From Brumimicrobium sp. (GTDB taxonomy: Bacteria > Bacteroidota > Bacteroidia > Flavobacteriales_D > Crocinitomicaceae): a stretch of 64,000 nucleotides of DNA. Positions within the stretch are counted from its first letter, which is position 1, and each line of letters begins with the position of its first letter. Position numbers and translations under genes: made by a program. Below the pieces are notes generated by a model. The model was not told the DNA's origin. It saw only the letters and a program-made list of their open reading frames with translations, and searched no databases. The stretch lies in assembly GCA_040882265.1 (NCBI GenBank), contig JBBEBO010000157.1, positions 14,778 to 78,777 on the forward strand. The letters are read 5' to 3'. Shown here piece by piece: positions 28,327 through 39,808 of the stretch.

Positions 28327-30696
28327 ATGTACGTAATCAAAAGAGACGGCAGAAAAGAGCCAGTAAAATTCGACAAAATAACCGCAAGAATAGTGAAGAT
28401 GTGCTACGGATTAGATCCGCTAGTATCACCTGAAAGTGTTGCAATGAAAGTAATTGAAGGAATCTATGACGGTGTGACAACTATCGTTTTAGATAACCTT
28501 GCTGCTGAAGTAGCTGCTTCAAAAACAATTGAACACCCAGATTATGCGTTACTAGCTTCGCGTATCTCGGTTTCGAATTTGCACAAAAACACGAAAAAAA
28601 CGTTTTCTGAAACAATGGAAGACCTTTATCGTTATATCGACCCAAAAACAGGTAAAAATGCAGCTTTGTTAGCAGACGATGTATACGACATCATTAAGGA
28701 AAACAGTGAACGTCTCGATTCTAGCATTATTTATGATCGTGATTTTAGATATGATTACTTTGGTTTTAAAACATTAGAGCGTTCTTATTTACTGAAATTA
28801 GATGGAGAAATAGCTGAACGTCCTCAACATATGTTGATGCGTGTTTCTGTTGGTATTCACAAAGATGATATCGATTCAGTGATCAAGACATACAACCTTA
28901 TGTCAGAAGGTTGGTTTACACATGCTACTCCAACTTTGTTTAATGCTGGAACACCAAAACCTCAGATGTCTTCTTGTTTCTTACTAACAATGAAAGAAGA
29001 TAGCATTGAAGGAATTTATGATACGCTTTCAAGCTGTGCTAAAATATCTCAATCTGCTGGCGGAATAGGATTGGCTCTGCACGATATTCGTGCAAAAGGA
29101 TCTTATATACGTGGAACAAACGGTACTTCGAACGGGATTGTACCAATGCTGCGCGTGTTTAATGATACTGCAAGATATGTTGATCAAGGTGGAGGAAAAC
29201 GTAAAGGTTCTTTCGCAATGTACCTCGAACCATGGCACGCGGATGTGTTTGACTTCCTAGAAATGAAGAAAAACCACGGTAAAGAAGAAAACAGAGCACG
29301 TGATTTATTTTACGCACTTTGGATTCCAGATTTATTTATGCAACGTGTTGAAGAAAACGGGGAATGGACGTTAATGTGTCCTAACGAGTGTCCAGGTTTA
29401 TCTGATGCATACGGGGAAGAGTTTGAAGCGCTTTATACGAAATATGAAAAAGAAGGAAAAGGAAGAAAAACAATTAAAGCACAAGAGCTTTGGTTTAAAG
29501 TTTTGGAATCTCAAATTGAGACAGGAACTCCTTACATGCTTTATAAAGATGCAGCAAACAAGAAATCAAATCAAAAGAATTTAGGTACGATTAAATCGTC
29601 CAATTTATGTACTGAAATTATTGAGTACACTGCACCTGATGAGGTAGCTGTTTGTAATTTGGCATCATTAGCCCTTCCAAAATATGTAACAGAAGATGGT
29701 TTTGATTACGATAAATTGTTTGAAGTTACATATCAAGCAACTGTAAACTTAAACAGAATCATTGATGGAAATTATTACCCTGTAGATGAGGCGAAAAATT
29801 CAAATATGCGTCACCGTCCAATCGGATTAGGTGTACAAGGGTTGGCTGATACATATATTTTAATGAGAATGCCTTTTGATTCTCCAGAAGCACAAAAGTT
29901 AAACAAAGAAATTTTTGAAACAATCTATTATGCTGCAATGACAGCATCTAAAGACTTGGCTAAAGTAGAAGGTCCATACGAAACTTGGAAAGGTTCTCCT
30001 GTTTCTGAAGGAGTTTTCCAGTTCGATATGTGGGATGTTACTCCTTCTGATCGTTGGGAGTGGGATATACTGAGAGATGAAGTTAAAGAACACGGTGTTC
30101 GTAACTCATTGCTACTTGCTCCAATGCCGACGGCATCTACAGCTCAAATTTTAGGAAATAACGAATGTTTTGAGCCATATACGTCAAACGTTTATACAAG
30201 ACGCGTACTTTCAGGTGAGTTTATTATCGTAAACAAGCACTTGTTACGTGACTTGGTAAAAGAAGGTTTATGGAACAACAATATGCGTCAAAAATTAATG
30301 GCTGCAAATGGTTCAGTTCAAGATATACCAGAAATTCCACAACACATAAAAGACCTTTATAAAACAGCCTGGGAATTGTCTCAAAAAGCGATTATTGAGC
30401 AAGCTGCAGATCGCGGAGCTTATATTTGTCAATCACAATCGTTAAATATTTTCATGGAAAATGCAAACTTTGGTAAGTTGACATCAATGCATTTCTACGG
30501 TTGGAAAAAAGGACTTAAAACAGGAATGTACTATTTAAGAACGAAAGCCGCTACTAATGCAATTCAGTTTACTGTTGATAAATCAATAACTGAAAAAGGT
30601 AAAGAAGAAGATGCTCCAATGACAACAGAAGAAATCCAATCACAGGTTTCTTGCTCATTGGATGATCCAGATGACTGCGAAATGTGTAGTGGTTAA
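28327..30696 (+). CDS. nrdA: Ribonucleotide reductase class Ia alpha subunit with ATP cone
   Basis: VIKRDG ATP cone; ATPTLFN, SSC, SNLCTEI, VCNLAS, PMPTAS and YYLR; C-terminal CxxC. Confidence 0.98.
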   Translation: MYVIKRDGRKEPVKFDKITARIVKMCYGLDPLVSPESVAMKVIEGIYDGVTTIVLDNLAAEVAASKTIEHPDYALLASRISVSNLHKNTKKTFSETMEDLYRYIDPKTGKNAALLADDVYDIIKENSERLDSSIIYDRDFRYDYFGFKTLERSYLLKLDGEIAERPQHMLMRVSVGIHKDDIDSVIKTYNLMSEGWFTHATPTLFNAGTPKPQMSSCFLLTMKEDSIEGIYDTLSSCAKISQSAGGIGLALHDIRAKGSYIRGTNGTSNGIVPMLRVFNDTARYVDQGGGKRKGSFAMYLEPWHADVFDFLEMKKNHGKEENRARDLFYALWIPDLFMQRVEENGEWTLMCPNECPGLSDAYGEEFEALYTKYEKEGKGRKTIKAQELWFKVLESQIETGTPYMLYKDAANKKSNQKNLGTIKSSNLCTEIIEYTAPDEVAVCNLASLALPKYVTEDGFDYDKLFEVTYQATVNLNRIIDGNYYPVDEAKNSNMRHRPIGLGVQGLADTYILMRMPFDSPEAQKLNKEIFETIYYAAMTASKDLAKVEGPYETWKGSPVSEGVFQFDMWDVTPSDRWEWDILRDEVKEHGVRNSLLLAPMPTASTAQILGNNECFEPYTSNVYTRRVLSGEFIIVNKHLLRDLVKEGLWNNNMRQKLMAANGSVQDIPEIPQHIKDLYKTAWELSQKAIIEQAADRGAYICQSQSLNIFMENANFGKLTSMHFYGWKKGLKTGMYYLRTKAATNAIQFTVDKSITEKGKEEDAPMTTEEIQSQVSCSLDDPDDCEMCSG

Positions 30697-30730
30697 TAAT
30701 TGTGCCGTTTTTATTGCACTACTCAAACAG

Positions 30731-30759
30731 AAACACGTCTCGAAAGGGACGTGTTTTTT
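30731..30759 (+). terminator. Intrinsic terminator of nrdBA
   Basis: AAACACGTCTC-GAAA-GGGACGTGTTTTTT. Confidence 0.85.
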
Positions 30760-30841
30760 GTTGGTGTAATAAGTGTTTTGAAACACTATTGTCTGAGATA
30801 AATTGGGTCCTCTCATTTCATTCAAGGTTGTAGGATATACT

Positions 30842-30869
30842 GTAGGGACGAACGGCTGTTCGTCCCTAC
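30842..30869. repeat. GTAG-family REP-like palindrome
   Basis: GTAGGGACGAAC-GGCT-GTTCGTCCCTAC, perfect 12-bp stem; partial CGCCCTAC half-site at about 30894-30901. Confidence 0.75.
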
Positions 30870-30930
30870 TTGATATAAAAATCACGCAATACACGCCCTA
30901 CACAAAGTGCCGACGGATTCGGTAAATTCG

Positions 30931-31536
30931 TCACTGGTTACTACAAAATTTGTCATTAAAAAAAGTCACCATCTTCTCAATTGCCCTTCCCCGATGACTC
31001 ATTCTATTTTTTTCATCCATCGACATTTCGGCAAATGTTCTACCACAGTTTTCAGGTTCAAAGATTGGGTCATAGCCGAAGCCATCATTTCCAACTCTTT
31101 TATTGCGAATTTCTCCATTTACAATTCCTTCAAAGAAATGTGTTTCATCATCTAAAAGAAGTGCAACAACCGTTCTAAAATTTGCCTTTCTACTGGGTTG
31201 ATCTTTTAACTTTTGAAGTACTAAATCCATGTTTTTTTCGCTATTTTTCTCCGGCCCAGCATATCGTGCACTATAAACTCCTGGCTCACCATTTAGCGCA
31301 TCAATTTCTAGTCCAGTGTCATCAGCAAAGCAATTCACTCTGTATTTGTCACGAACATATTTTGCCTTCTGCAAAGCATTTCCTTGTAAATCTGGTTGGG
31401 TTTCAGGTATTTCATCAGTACATCCAATCTCTGAAAGTGTTTTAACCACAACGTGTGAAGGTAGTAACGATTGAATCTCTTTTGCTTTATTTGCGTTTTG
31501 AGTGGCAAAGACTAACGTAATTGTTTCTTTTGACAT
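30931..31536 (-). CDS. rdgB: Non-canonical purine NTP pyrophosphatase (RdgB/HAM1)
   Basis: ATQNANKAKE, ADDTGL, PGVYSARYAG, FGYDP and SHR. Confidence 0.96.
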   Translation of the reverse strand: MSKETITLVFATQNANKAKEIQSLLPSHVVVKTLSEIGCTDEIPETQPDLQGNALQKAKYVRDKYRVNCFADDTGLEIDALNGEPGVYSARYAGPEKNSEKNMDLVLQKLKDQPSRKANFRTVVALLLDDETHFFEGIVNGEIRNKRVGNDGFGYDPIFEPENCGRTFAEMSMDEKNRMSHRGRAIEKMVTFFNDKFCSNQ

Positions 31537-31608
31537 GAGATGTTTTTTACGAAATTAAAAATTACAGTTGAATTAAAAAGATTTAGTAGAGGAGGCATGG
31601 AAAAACTA

Positions 31609-32679
31609 TTATTTAAATAATGCCAAATAGTTATTTAAGTTAGCTTCAACGCTGAATTTTTCTTTAACAGTATTCTTTCCTTTTAATCCAATTGATTTTC
31701 TAAGTGACTTATCCTTGATTAATTGTCTTAAAGTTTTTTCCCATTCTTCAACAGTATTACACAAAAAACCATTATTTCCATGAGAAATAATTTCTTTGTT
31801 AACCCCAACTGGTGAAGCGATTGTTGGAATTTCCAACGCCATGTACTGTAGAGCTTTAAACCCACATTTGCCTTTTGACCAAACATCTTCCTCTAAAGGC
31901 ATAATTCCGATATTTATTTCAGCTAAATCTTGAATCTCCGTTTCCTTTTGCCATTTGACAAAGTGCAATGATTTTAATTTATAGTTGGGCGCTTCATTAG
32001 ATATAACACGAAATTCAAATTTGTGTTCTTTTTCAAGCTTTGTGATAATTGGTACAATAAAATCTAAGTAACGCATGGTTGTATGGGTTCCAGTCCATCC
32101 AATTGTCAATAGTGGTTTTTCTTGATTTGTTGAAAGATTGTGGTGATTAACTAAATCAATAGTTGTTGGAATTACTTTTACATTGGAGTTAAATTGTTTA
32201 GCATAATCTGCTAAATATTCATTTCCTGCTGTAATTTGATGTGCCCATTTGATACAATATTTTATTTTCCAGTAAGCTTTCAATCTATTGTATTTAGCAT
32301 TTATAGCACTGAAGTTGGGAAGCCAAATTGCATCATCAAAATCGTAAATGTATTTTACACCTAAAACTTTTGACAAGACCCATTCAAAAACAGGTGGCCC
32401 TAAATGAGCTGTTTCTCGGTGAATAAAAACGTAATCGGCTTTTTTAATATGAAAAAGCAGAGCCCAACGTCGAAGGAAACTATTAAGAATTCCAACTATT
32501 TTATAAAGGGTGTTTCCTTTAGTATATAGCGTTTTCCAGATTTTTTCGTTAAGAAAAGCGTAAAAACTTACTTCATAGCCCTCTTTTTCGAACGATTCAA
32601 TATATTGTTCAAATCTAAATCGTTGTGAGGGAGCTTCGCCTTTTGGATATGGAGCCAGTATGTAAATTTTTTTACTCAC
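31609..32679 (-). CDS. Glycosyltransferase family 4
   Basis: PSQRFR, YDFDDAI, IGWTGT and GKCGFKALQYMA. Confidence 0.92.
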   Translation of the reverse strand: MSKKIYILAPYPKGEAPSQRFRFEQYIESFEKEGYEVSFYAFLNEKIWKTLYTKGNTLYKIVGILNSFLRRWALLFHIKKADYVFIHRETAHLGPPVFEWVLSKVLGVKYIYDFDDAIWLPNFSAINAKYNRLKAYWKIKYCIKWAHQITAGNEYLADYAKQFNSNVKVIPTTIDLVNHHNLSTNQEKPLLTIGWTGTHTTMRYLDFIVPIITKLEKEHKFEFRVISNEAPNYKLKSLHFVKWQKETEIQDLAEINIGIMPLEEDVWSKGKCGFKALQYMALEIPTIASPVGVNKEIISHGNNGFLCNTVEEWEKTLRQLIKDKSLRKSIGLKGKNTVKEKFSVEANLNNYLALFK

Positions 32680-32764
32680 CTGACGAATATAGCGTAAACT
32701 AAGGGAAAATTTATACTTAAATAAAGGATTTGTTTATTCTATAGATGAAATAATCTTTTTTAGA

Positions 32765-33760
32765 CTAAACAAGAAAGTCTATCTCGTCAAATCGCTGACT
32801 TATTTCATCTAAAGTGTCATATATTTCATTTAGATCAAAAGTAGTGACCAACTTAGTTCGATAAGGCTTAAAGTGAGGAATACCTTTGAAATAATTAGTG
32901 TAATGTCGTTTCATTTCAACTAATGCTAGTTTTTCTCCTTTCCATTTTATACTCATATCTAAATGCCTACGAGTAACGTCTATTCGTTGTTGAAGTGTTG
33001 GCTTTGGTAAATGTTCACCGGTTTTATAATAGTGTTTAATTTCATTAAAAACCCATGGGTAACCAATACTAGCTCGTCCAATCATAAGCCCATCTACACC
33101 ATATTTATTTTTGTATTCAACAGCTTTTTCAGGTGAGTCAATGTCACCGTTACCAAATACAGGAATGTGCATTCTTGGATTGTTTTTCACTTCTGAAATC
33201 AAGCTCCAGTCTGCTTCACCTTTATACATTTGTTTGCGTGTACGCCCATGGATTGAAATCGCCTCTATCCCTACATCTTGTAGGCGCTCAGCTACTTCAA
33301 CAATGTACTTTGTGTTTTCATCCCATCCCAAACGAGTTTTTACAGTAACAGGAAGCTTAGTGCTTTTTACTATTGCTGCAGTCATTCTAACCATTTTAGG
33401 GATATCTTGTAAAATTCCCGCACCAGAACCTTTACAAGCTACTTTTTTTACGGGACAACCGTAGTTGATATCAATAATGTCTGGATTCGTTTTTTCGGTG
33501 ATTTCAGTTGCTTGCTTCATACTTTCGATATCATTACCGAAAATTTGAATGCCTACAGGTCTTTCATATTCAAAAATATCAAGTTTTTGAACACTTTTTA
33601 CGGCATCACGAATCAATCCTTCAGAGGAGATGAACTCTGTGTACATCAAGTCTGCACCATTTTCTTTACACAAAGCACGAAATGGCGGATCACTCACATC
33701 TTCCATCGGTGCAAGCAATAAAGGAAAATCTCCTAATTCTATGTTGCGTATTTTTGTCAA
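32765..33760 (-). CDS. dusB: tRNA-dihydrouridine synthase B
   Basis: LAPMED, YTEFIS, INYGCP, TVKTRLG, IHGRT, NGDI and MIGRA. Confidence 0.95.
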   Translation of the reverse strand: MTKIRNIELGDFPLLLAPMEDVSDPPFRALCKENGADLMYTEFISSEGLIRDAVKSVQKLDIFEYERPVGIQIFGNDIESMKQATEITEKTNPDIIDINYGCPVKKVACKGSGAGILQDIPKMVRMTAAIVKSTKLPVTVKTRLGWDENTKYIVEVAERLQDVGIEAISIHGRTRKQMYKGEADWSLISEVKNNPRMHIPVFGNGDIDSPEKAVEYKNKYGVDGLMIGRASIGYPWVFNEIKHYYKTGEHLPKPTLQQRIDVTRRHLDMSIKWKGEKLALVEMKRHYTNYFKGIPHFKPYRTKLVTTFDLNEIYDTLDEISQRFDEIDFLV

Positions 33761-33902
33761 TCTACTTTACTGAAAAGTGTGTACAAAAGTACGGCTTAGT
33801 ATGAGAACAACAAAAAATAATTTGAGTAGCCTTTTTTACATTGCTTTCGTAAACAGGTTAGTCGTTACAATACAAGCTTAATTCCTGCGTTTTAAGTTTG
33901 TT

Positions 33903-34574
33903 ATGAAAACTATCTCATTTATTATTTTCTTTATTCCGTTTTTTGTGTTAGCTCAACAGCGTATAGGATTTGATGTGAGTTACAGACAAATGGGTATTAA
34001 TTCGACATTAAGTTATCACAAGGTTTTTGCAGAAAACTGGTTAATATCAGGAGCACTTACTTATGGACAAAAAGGTAGATATATAGCTGATTACCGAGAT
34101 TATGACCTTAGCAAAACAACGTTCTTTTCACCTTGGAATGAGGTGAATGAACCAATTATATCGAATGGTTCAGAATACCATCTAAAAAACTATTCTGTAA
34201 AAAATAAAGCCTTATCTGTTCAAATAGGAATTGGTTATTTCCACAGCTTTAATGTTCAGCATGGACTTCGGGGACACATTTTAGCGCAGTATGGTCAAGC
34301 TTTTAACCGAATAAATGGCACTTATGACGCTAGTGATCAAAGTTACAACAAACATAGATTAACAAAAACAAATCATTCCATAGCAGCCGTAAGCGCCGAA
34401 TTATATCATACGATTCAAGTGTGGCAAAAATTCACGTTCTTTTATGGACTGAAAGCACCATATTATTTCTCGATTGATAAAAGTCGATTTAACCCAACAA
34501 GAAAAGACGACAATTTTTATGGAATTGAACCTGAATTGAGTTTGGGAATAACTTATTTAATCGGAGATTGCTAA
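33903..34574 (+). CDS. Hypothetical exported protein, probable outer-membrane beta-barrel
   Basis: Signal peptide; alternating aromatic/hydrophobic beta-strands; C-terminal 'SLGITYL'. Confidence 0.6.
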   Translation: MKTISFIIFFIPFFVLAQQRIGFDVSYRQMGINSTLSYHKVFAENWLISGALTYGQKGRYIADYRDYDLSKTTFFSPWNEVNEPIISNGSEYHLKNYSVKNKALSVQIGIGYFHSFNVQHGLRGHILAQYGQAFNRINGTYDASDQSYNKHRLTKTNHSIAAVSAELYHTIQVWQKFTFFYGLKAPYYFSIDKSRFNPTRKDDNFYGIEPELSLGITYLIGDC

Positions 34575-34634
34575 TGCTTCACACATTTTATGTCAATTAA
34601 AGGCGTTGACACCTAAAAAATAGATTCTTCTTTC

Positions 34635-34642
34635 TATTTTTG
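34635..34642 (+). promoter_or_regulatory. Bacteroidota -7 element for aspS
   Basis: TATTTTTG 18 nt upstream of the ATG. Confidence 0.5.
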
Positions 34643-34660
34643 TCCAAAATTGAATAAGTC

Positions 34661-36418
34661 ATGTACAGAACGCATAATTGTGGAGAATTAAGAATTTCGA
34701 ATGTTGGAAATACAGTAACGCTTTCCGGATGGGTGCAGAGAACTCGAGAAATGGGAGGAATGACCTTTGTCGATTTACGCGACCGTTATGGAATTACACA
34801 ATTGGCATTTAGTACTGATGATAATGATGCTTTAAATCAGTCTGCTCGAAAGTTGGGGCGTGAATTCGTCATTCAAATTAAGGGAGAAGTCATTGAACGT
34901 TCAAGCAAAAATAAAAATATCCCAACAGGTGAAGTAGAGATTAAGGTTTCAGACCTAACGATTTTAAATGCTGCTAAAACACCACCTTTTACAATTGAAA
35001 AAGAAACAGATGGCGGAGAAGAGCTTCGCATGCAGTACCGTTATTTAGATCTTCGAAGAACAGTTATTCAAGATAAACTTCGCCTTAGAAATAAAGTTGC
35101 TTTAGAAACAAGAAAATATTTGGACGGAATTGACTTTATGGATGTTGAAACTCCTTATTTGATTAAATCAACTCCTGAAGGCGCTCGAGATTTTGTTGTA
35201 CCAAGTAGAATGAACCAAGGTGAGTTTTATGCGCTTCCACAATCTCCACAAACCTTTAAACAGTTGTTAATGGTTTCTGGAATTGATCGCTACTATCAGA
35301 TTGTAAAATGCTTCAGAGATGAGGATTTAAGAGCTGACAGACAACCAGAGTTTACTCAAATTGATTGTGAAATGTCTTTTGTAGAGCAAGAAGATATTCT
35401 CAAAACATTTGAAGGATTGGTAAAACACCTATTTAAAACATGTAGAAGTATAGATTTTGATGGAGACTTCCCACGTATGTCTTACGCTGAAGCAATGGAA
35501 AAATACGGTTCTGATAAGCCAGACATTCGTTTTGGAATGGAATTTAAAAACTTGAACGCTGTTGCCCAAAATAAAGGGTTTAAAATATTTGATGAAGCAG
35601 AATTGGTTGTTGGAATTGTTGCAGAACAATGTGCTGTTTACACCAGAAAACAACTAGATAAACTTACAGATTGGGTAAAAAGACCACAGGTTGGAGCAAA
35701 AGGATTGGTTTACGTGAAGTACAATGAAGACGGTTCTTTTAAAAGTTCAGTTGATAAATTCTATTCACAAGAAGACCTAAAAACTTGGGCCGAAATAGCA
35801 GGAGCAAAACCAGGTGATTTAATGCTCATTTTGAGTGGAGAAGCTGAAAAAGTTCGCAAACAAATGAGTGATTTGCGTTTACACATGGGGAATGAACTAG
35901 GGTTGAGAAATCCGAATGAATTTAAACCTCTTTGGGTAGTTGATTTCCCCCTTTTAGAGTGGGATGAAGAAACTGAGCGTTATCATGCAATGCATCATCC
36001 GTTTACTTCACCGAAATCAGAAGATTTGGAACTCATTAAAACAAAGCCAGGAGAAGTTCGTGCAAACGCTTACGATTTAGCGATGAACGGTGTGGAGCTA
36101 GGCGGAGGTTCAATTCGTATTCACGATCGCGAGCTTCAATCACAAATGTTTGACTTACTAGGCTTCACAAAAGAAGAGGCTGAAGCTCAATTTGGATTCT
36201 TGATGAATGCTTTTGAATTTGGAGCTCCACCGCATGGAGGAATTGCTTTTGGTTTAGATCGGTTGGTGGCAACTATGGGTGGATCAGACTCAATCCGTGA
36301 TTATATTGCATTTCCAAAAAACAACGCCGGTAGAGACATCATGATTAATGCACCAGCAAATATTGACGAAGTTCAATTAAATGAGCTTGCGCTTAGTTTG
36401 AAGAAAATAGAGGATTAA
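34661..36418 (+). CDS. aspS: Aspartate--tRNA ligase
   Basis: [43 protein letters not shown] and GAPPHGG. Confidence 0.98.
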   Translation: MYRTHNCGELRISNVGNTVTLSGWVQRTREMGGMTFVDLRDRYGITQLAFSTDDNDALNQSARKLGREFVIQIKGEVIERSSKNKNIPTGEVEIKVSDLTILNAAKTPPFTIEKETDGGEELRMQYRYLDLRRTVIQDKLRLRNKVALETRKYLDGIDFMDVETPYLIKSTPEGARDFVVPSRMNQGEFYALPQSPQTFKQLLMVSGIDRYYQIVKCFRDEDLRADRQPEFTQIDCEMSFVEQEDILKTFEGLVKHLFKTCRSIDFDGDFPRMSYAEAMEKYGSDKPDIRFGMEFKNLNAVAQNKGFKIFDEAELVVGIVAEQCAVYTRKQLDKLTDWVKRPQVGAKGLVYVKYNEDGSFKSSVDKFYSQEDLKTWAEIAGAKPGDLMLILSGEAEKVRKQMSDLRLHMGNELGLRNPNEFKPLWVVDFPLLEWDEETERYHAMHHPFTSPKSEDLELIKTKPGEVRANAYDLAMNGVELGGGSIRIHDRELQSQMFDLLGFTKEEAEAQFGFLMNAFEFGAPPHGGIAFGLDRLVATMGGSDSIRDYIAFPKNNAGRDIMINAPANIDEVQLNELALSLKKIED

Positions 36419-36497
36419 AAAAAAGTGACGAATCTGAGGTAAAAACCATTTATGATTCGTCACTAATTGCATTTTATGATAACTAATGTTCGAACAA

Positions 36498-37115
36498 TTA
36501 ATCGAAAAACTTAACTTTTCCAGATTCGATATCGTACATTCCACCGAGAATTTTGATCTCACCGTTTTTCTCCATTTCTGCAAGTACTTCGCTTTTATTT
36601 CGAATTTCATCAATCGCATGCATTACATTTTCGTCCGCTACTTTTTGTACAGCATCTGGGTTTGTAATGTCATCAACTGAAGGAGAAACTTTTGCAATGG
36701 CTGGTTTTACTTTGCTCAAAAGCGCTGTAATATTACCCATTTCTACATTTTTACAAGCCGCAGTTACAGCACCACATTTTGAATGACCTAGCACTAAAAG
36801 CAACTTAGATCCTGCTACTTTACAAGAGTACTCAAGAGATCCGAGTACATCTTCGTTAACGATATTTCCGGCTACACGAGCATTAAAAACATCACCAATT
36901 CCTTGGTCGAATATTAATTCAGAAGAAGTCCTTGAATCGATACAACTCAAGATTGCCGTGTGTGGAAATTGTCCATCTACGGTATCTTTTACTTGACTCA
37001 TTAAGTTTCTATCAGTCATATTTCCAGCTACAAACCGGTTGTTTCCTTCAATTAATAATTTTTTTGCTCCATCTGGGGTGAGCTGTGTTTGTGATTCTTT
37101 TGTTTGTGTTTTCAT
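36498..37115 (-). CDS. Beta-class carbonic anhydrase
   Basis: CIDSR and GHSKCGAV zinc ligands. Confidence 0.95.
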   Translation of the reverse strand: MKTQTKESQTQLTPDGAKKLLIEGNNRFVAGNMTDRNLMSQVKDTVDGQFPHTAILSCIDSRTSSELIFDQGIGDVFNARVAGNIVNEDVLGSLEYSCKVAGSKLLLVLGHSKCGAVTAACKNVEMGNITALLSKVKPAIAKVSPSVDDITNPDAVQKVADENVMHAIDEIRNKSEVLAEMEKNGEIKILGGMYDIESGKVKFFD

Positions 37116-37141
37116 ATCTATAAATTTTTCGTTTTAACTAA

Positions 37142-38707
37142 TTAATCTTTTCGCTTTGTTTTGTCTTCGGTTATATCTATTAAGCCCACAGTGATGTTTT
37201 TGGTTGGAGCTGTAAACTCTTTAAACTCTAGTATCCTTTCAATCACATCATAAGCAATGTATTTTGATTGTGAACCGTCGATAATAACTTCTGTACCATC
37301 TTTTAAATCGTCTAACGCTTTGGAAACACTTGCTTTATTCAAGAAGCTTACTTCTTCAGAAAGTTCAATTCTAACTTTGTGATCATCATCTTTATCGTGT
37401 TTTGTGTAAGGGTTTCTAAAGTTTTTACGAAGAATATAAAATATAGCAACCGCTACACCAATTCCAATACCTTTTAACAAATCTGTAAGTACAACTGCTA
37501 CAATTGTAGAGACAAAAGGAACGAATTGTTCCCAGCCTAATTTATACATTGATTTAAAAAGAGATGGTTTTGCTAATTTATATCCTATAGTAAGAAGAAT
37601 CGCTCCTAATGTAGCAAGAGGAATGTAGTTCAAAATACTGGCAATTAGAGCAACTGAAAACAATAGAATAAACCCGTGAAAAATAGCTGATAATTTAGTT
37701 TTACCACCAGTATTAATATTTGTAGAACTTCTAACGATAACTTGAGTTATAGGTAAGCCACCAATCATCCCAGAAACCATATTCCCGACACCTTGTGCTT
37801 TTAATTCTCGATTTGTGGGGGTCGTTCGCTTGTAAGGGTCTAATTTATCTGTTGCTTCAACTGATAGTAATGTTTCTAAACTAGCAACGATTGCTATTGT
37901 AATTGCAACGACATAAATATCTGGATTAGAGAATTGCGTAAAGTCAGGCATACTAAAAAAGCTAACAAACTCTTTGGCAGAATCCGCTTGTGGTAGCTGA
38001 ACTAAATGCTTTCCGTCCATAAACAAACCGGGCGAATAAATAGAGAATAAGTAGTTCATAATTGAACCTAAAACAACAACAAATAGCGCTCCAGGCAAAA
38101 ATTTAAAAAGCTTAATTTTTTTCATGAATTTTTGCTCAAAAAGGATTAAAAGTGCTAAAGAAAATAATCCGATTATAATTGCTCCGGGGCTGAAGTATAT
38201 AAATGAATAATACACTTCTGTAAATGTGTTTTTACCATCCATTTGAGCAAAATCCATATCACCTATATAGTCTTCATCATAACCAAGAAGGTGTGGAATT
38301 TCTTTTAAAATCAAAATAATACCAATAGCCGCAAGCATTCCTTTAATGACAGACGAAGGGAAATAATATCCTATAATTCCAGCTTTCAAAAATCCAGCAA
38401 TCAACTGGATTACACCCGCTAAAACAACGGCTAAAAGAAATGCTTCAAAGGAACCAAGCGTTCCAATAGCCGCAAAAACTATTGTTACAAGTCCAGCTGC
38501 AGGTCCTGATACTCCGAGCGCAGAACCACTTAATGATCCGACAACTATACCGCCGACAATACCAGCAATAATTCCTGAAAAAATTAGACTTGGATCACCA
38601 GTTGAAGCTAGACCAATTCCTAGACATAATGGAAGTGCCACAAGAAATACGACTAAACCAGCAGGTAGATCGCTTCCTAAATTTTTAAACATATTTGAGT
38701 TCTTCAT
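37142..38707 (-). CDS. SulP (SLC26) anion transporter with short STAS-like tail
   Basis: VALPLCLGI, VSGPAAG, ASLETLLS, NRELKAQG and VRSS; co-oriented with the carbonic anhydrase. Confidence 0.93.
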   Translation of the reverse strand: MKNSNMFKNLGSDLPAGLVVFLVALPLCLGIGLASTGDPSLIFSGIIAGIVGGIVVGSLSGSALGVSGPAAGLVTIVFAAIGTLGSFEAFLLAVVLAGVIQLIAGFLKAGIIGYYFPSSVIKGMLAAIGIILILKEIPHLLGYDEDYIGDMDFAQMDGKNTFTEVYYSFIYFSPGAIIIGLFSLALLILFEQKFMKKIKLFKFLPGALFVVVLGSIMNYLFSIYSPGLFMDGKHLVQLPQADSAKEFVSFFSMPDFTQFSNPDIYVVAITIAIVASLETLLSVEATDKLDPYKRTTPTNRELKAQGVGNMVSGMIGGLPITQVIVRSSTNINTGGKTKLSAIFHGFILLFSVALIASILNYIPLATLGAILLTIGYKLAKPSLFKSMYKLGWEQFVPFVSTIVAVVLTDLLKGIGIGVAVAIFYILRKNFRNPYTKHDKDDDHKVRIELSEEVSFLNKASVSKALDDLKDGTEVIIDGSQSKYIAYDVIERILEFKEFTAPTKNITVGLIDITEDKTKRKD

Positions 38708-38806
38708 AAAATAAATTAATAATTCGATTCTGCATCTTGTTACAGTAATGCAAACAATGTAAAATAAATAAAGTTTAATATTAAAAAAAGGCGGTGGTCA
38801 ATAATA

Positions 38807-39127
38807 TCAGATAAAGTCTGGTGGCGGAGTTATTGTTGTACGCGGAACAGACTTCCAATCTGAGTGTAAATACAAATTATTTATAGTCTCAGTGATTTCA
38901 CTTCCAAATGTGTCTTGAATTTCAATAGAAATAGAATGTTGTTCTTCTTCAAGTGGGACAGGTATCTCATTTTCTGTTTCTGATTCACTGTCTAATAGAT
39001 CAACATGTTCTATGTTTACTTCTGTTAAGCTGTCAAATACAACTCCTGAAATAAAGATAACAGGACCTGTAAAAAAGAGGAGTAAGCTTATTAAACAAAC
39101 AAATGCATATGTCTTCTGCTTTTCCAT
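38807..39127 (-). CDS. Small hypothetical protein: N-terminal hydrophobic segment, acidic middle, C-terminal TPPP; candidate leader/arrest peptide
   Basis: 106-aa ORF about 100 bp upstream of SulP on the same strand, ending ...TITPPPDFI. Confidence 0.6.
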   Translation of the reverse strand: MEKQKTYAFVCLISLLLFFTGPVIFISGVVFDSLTEVNIEHVDLLDSESETENEIPVPLEEEQHSISIEIQDTFGSEITETINNLYLHSDWKSVPRTTITPPPDFI

Positions 39128-39292
39128 GAAATGCGAAAATAATTATTTTTTATTTAAAATGAACGAATTCATACAAATGTTTAAAGTTAATTTAACCTAA
39201 TAGATCTAAGCATTATAAATAAAGTTGTTCAATCGTGGCACATATCTTGAAATCAAATTAATTCTTACTTTTGTAAACATAAATGGTCAATT

Positions 39293-39808
39293 ATGAAGTT
39301 TATTTTATTTCTTCTTTTCGTCTCTGCTTTTTCACCTGCTTTCTCTCAAGAAAAAAAATGGTGGGAAAAAGGCAGTGAGAATGAAACCAAAACGGATGAT
39401 ACAACCGCTATTGAAAATAAATCTGATAGTGTTGTGGAACAGCCAGTTGGGCCAGGGGAAATAAACATCATTAAAGATAAACGAGTAGATAAATTAATTG
39501 AGTTTAAATCAACTACAATTCCTCCTGCTTCAGAACCTCAAATTGATGGTTTTCGAGTACAATTGTTTTTTGACCAAAGTAAAACAGAAGTAAATGAAGC
39601 AAGAGCTAAAGCTTTAAAAATAGACTCTGATTTTGATACTTATATTGAATTTGATGCACCTAATTACAATTTGTTACTAGGGAATTATCGAACACAGCTT
39701 GAAGCAGAAAAGATCCGCGCTGAATTAAGTGAAGAATTTCCAGCGGCAATCATCGTAAAGTCTCGCATTTACTTTCCCGAAGTTAGAGATACTTCTAAAA
39801 CTAGATAA
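39293..39808 (+). CDS. SPOR domain-containing protein
   Basis: Signal peptide; GFRVQLF...PNYNLLLGNYRTQLEAEK. Confidence 0.85.
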   Translation: MKFILFLLFVSAFSPAFSQEKKWWEKGSENETKTDDTTAIENKSDSVVEQPVGPGEINIIKDKRVDKLIEFKSTTIPPASEPQIDGFRVQLFFDQSKTEVNEARAKALKIDSDFDTYIEFDAPNYNLLLGNYRTQLEAEKIRAELSEEFPAAIIVKSRIYFPEVRDTSKTR

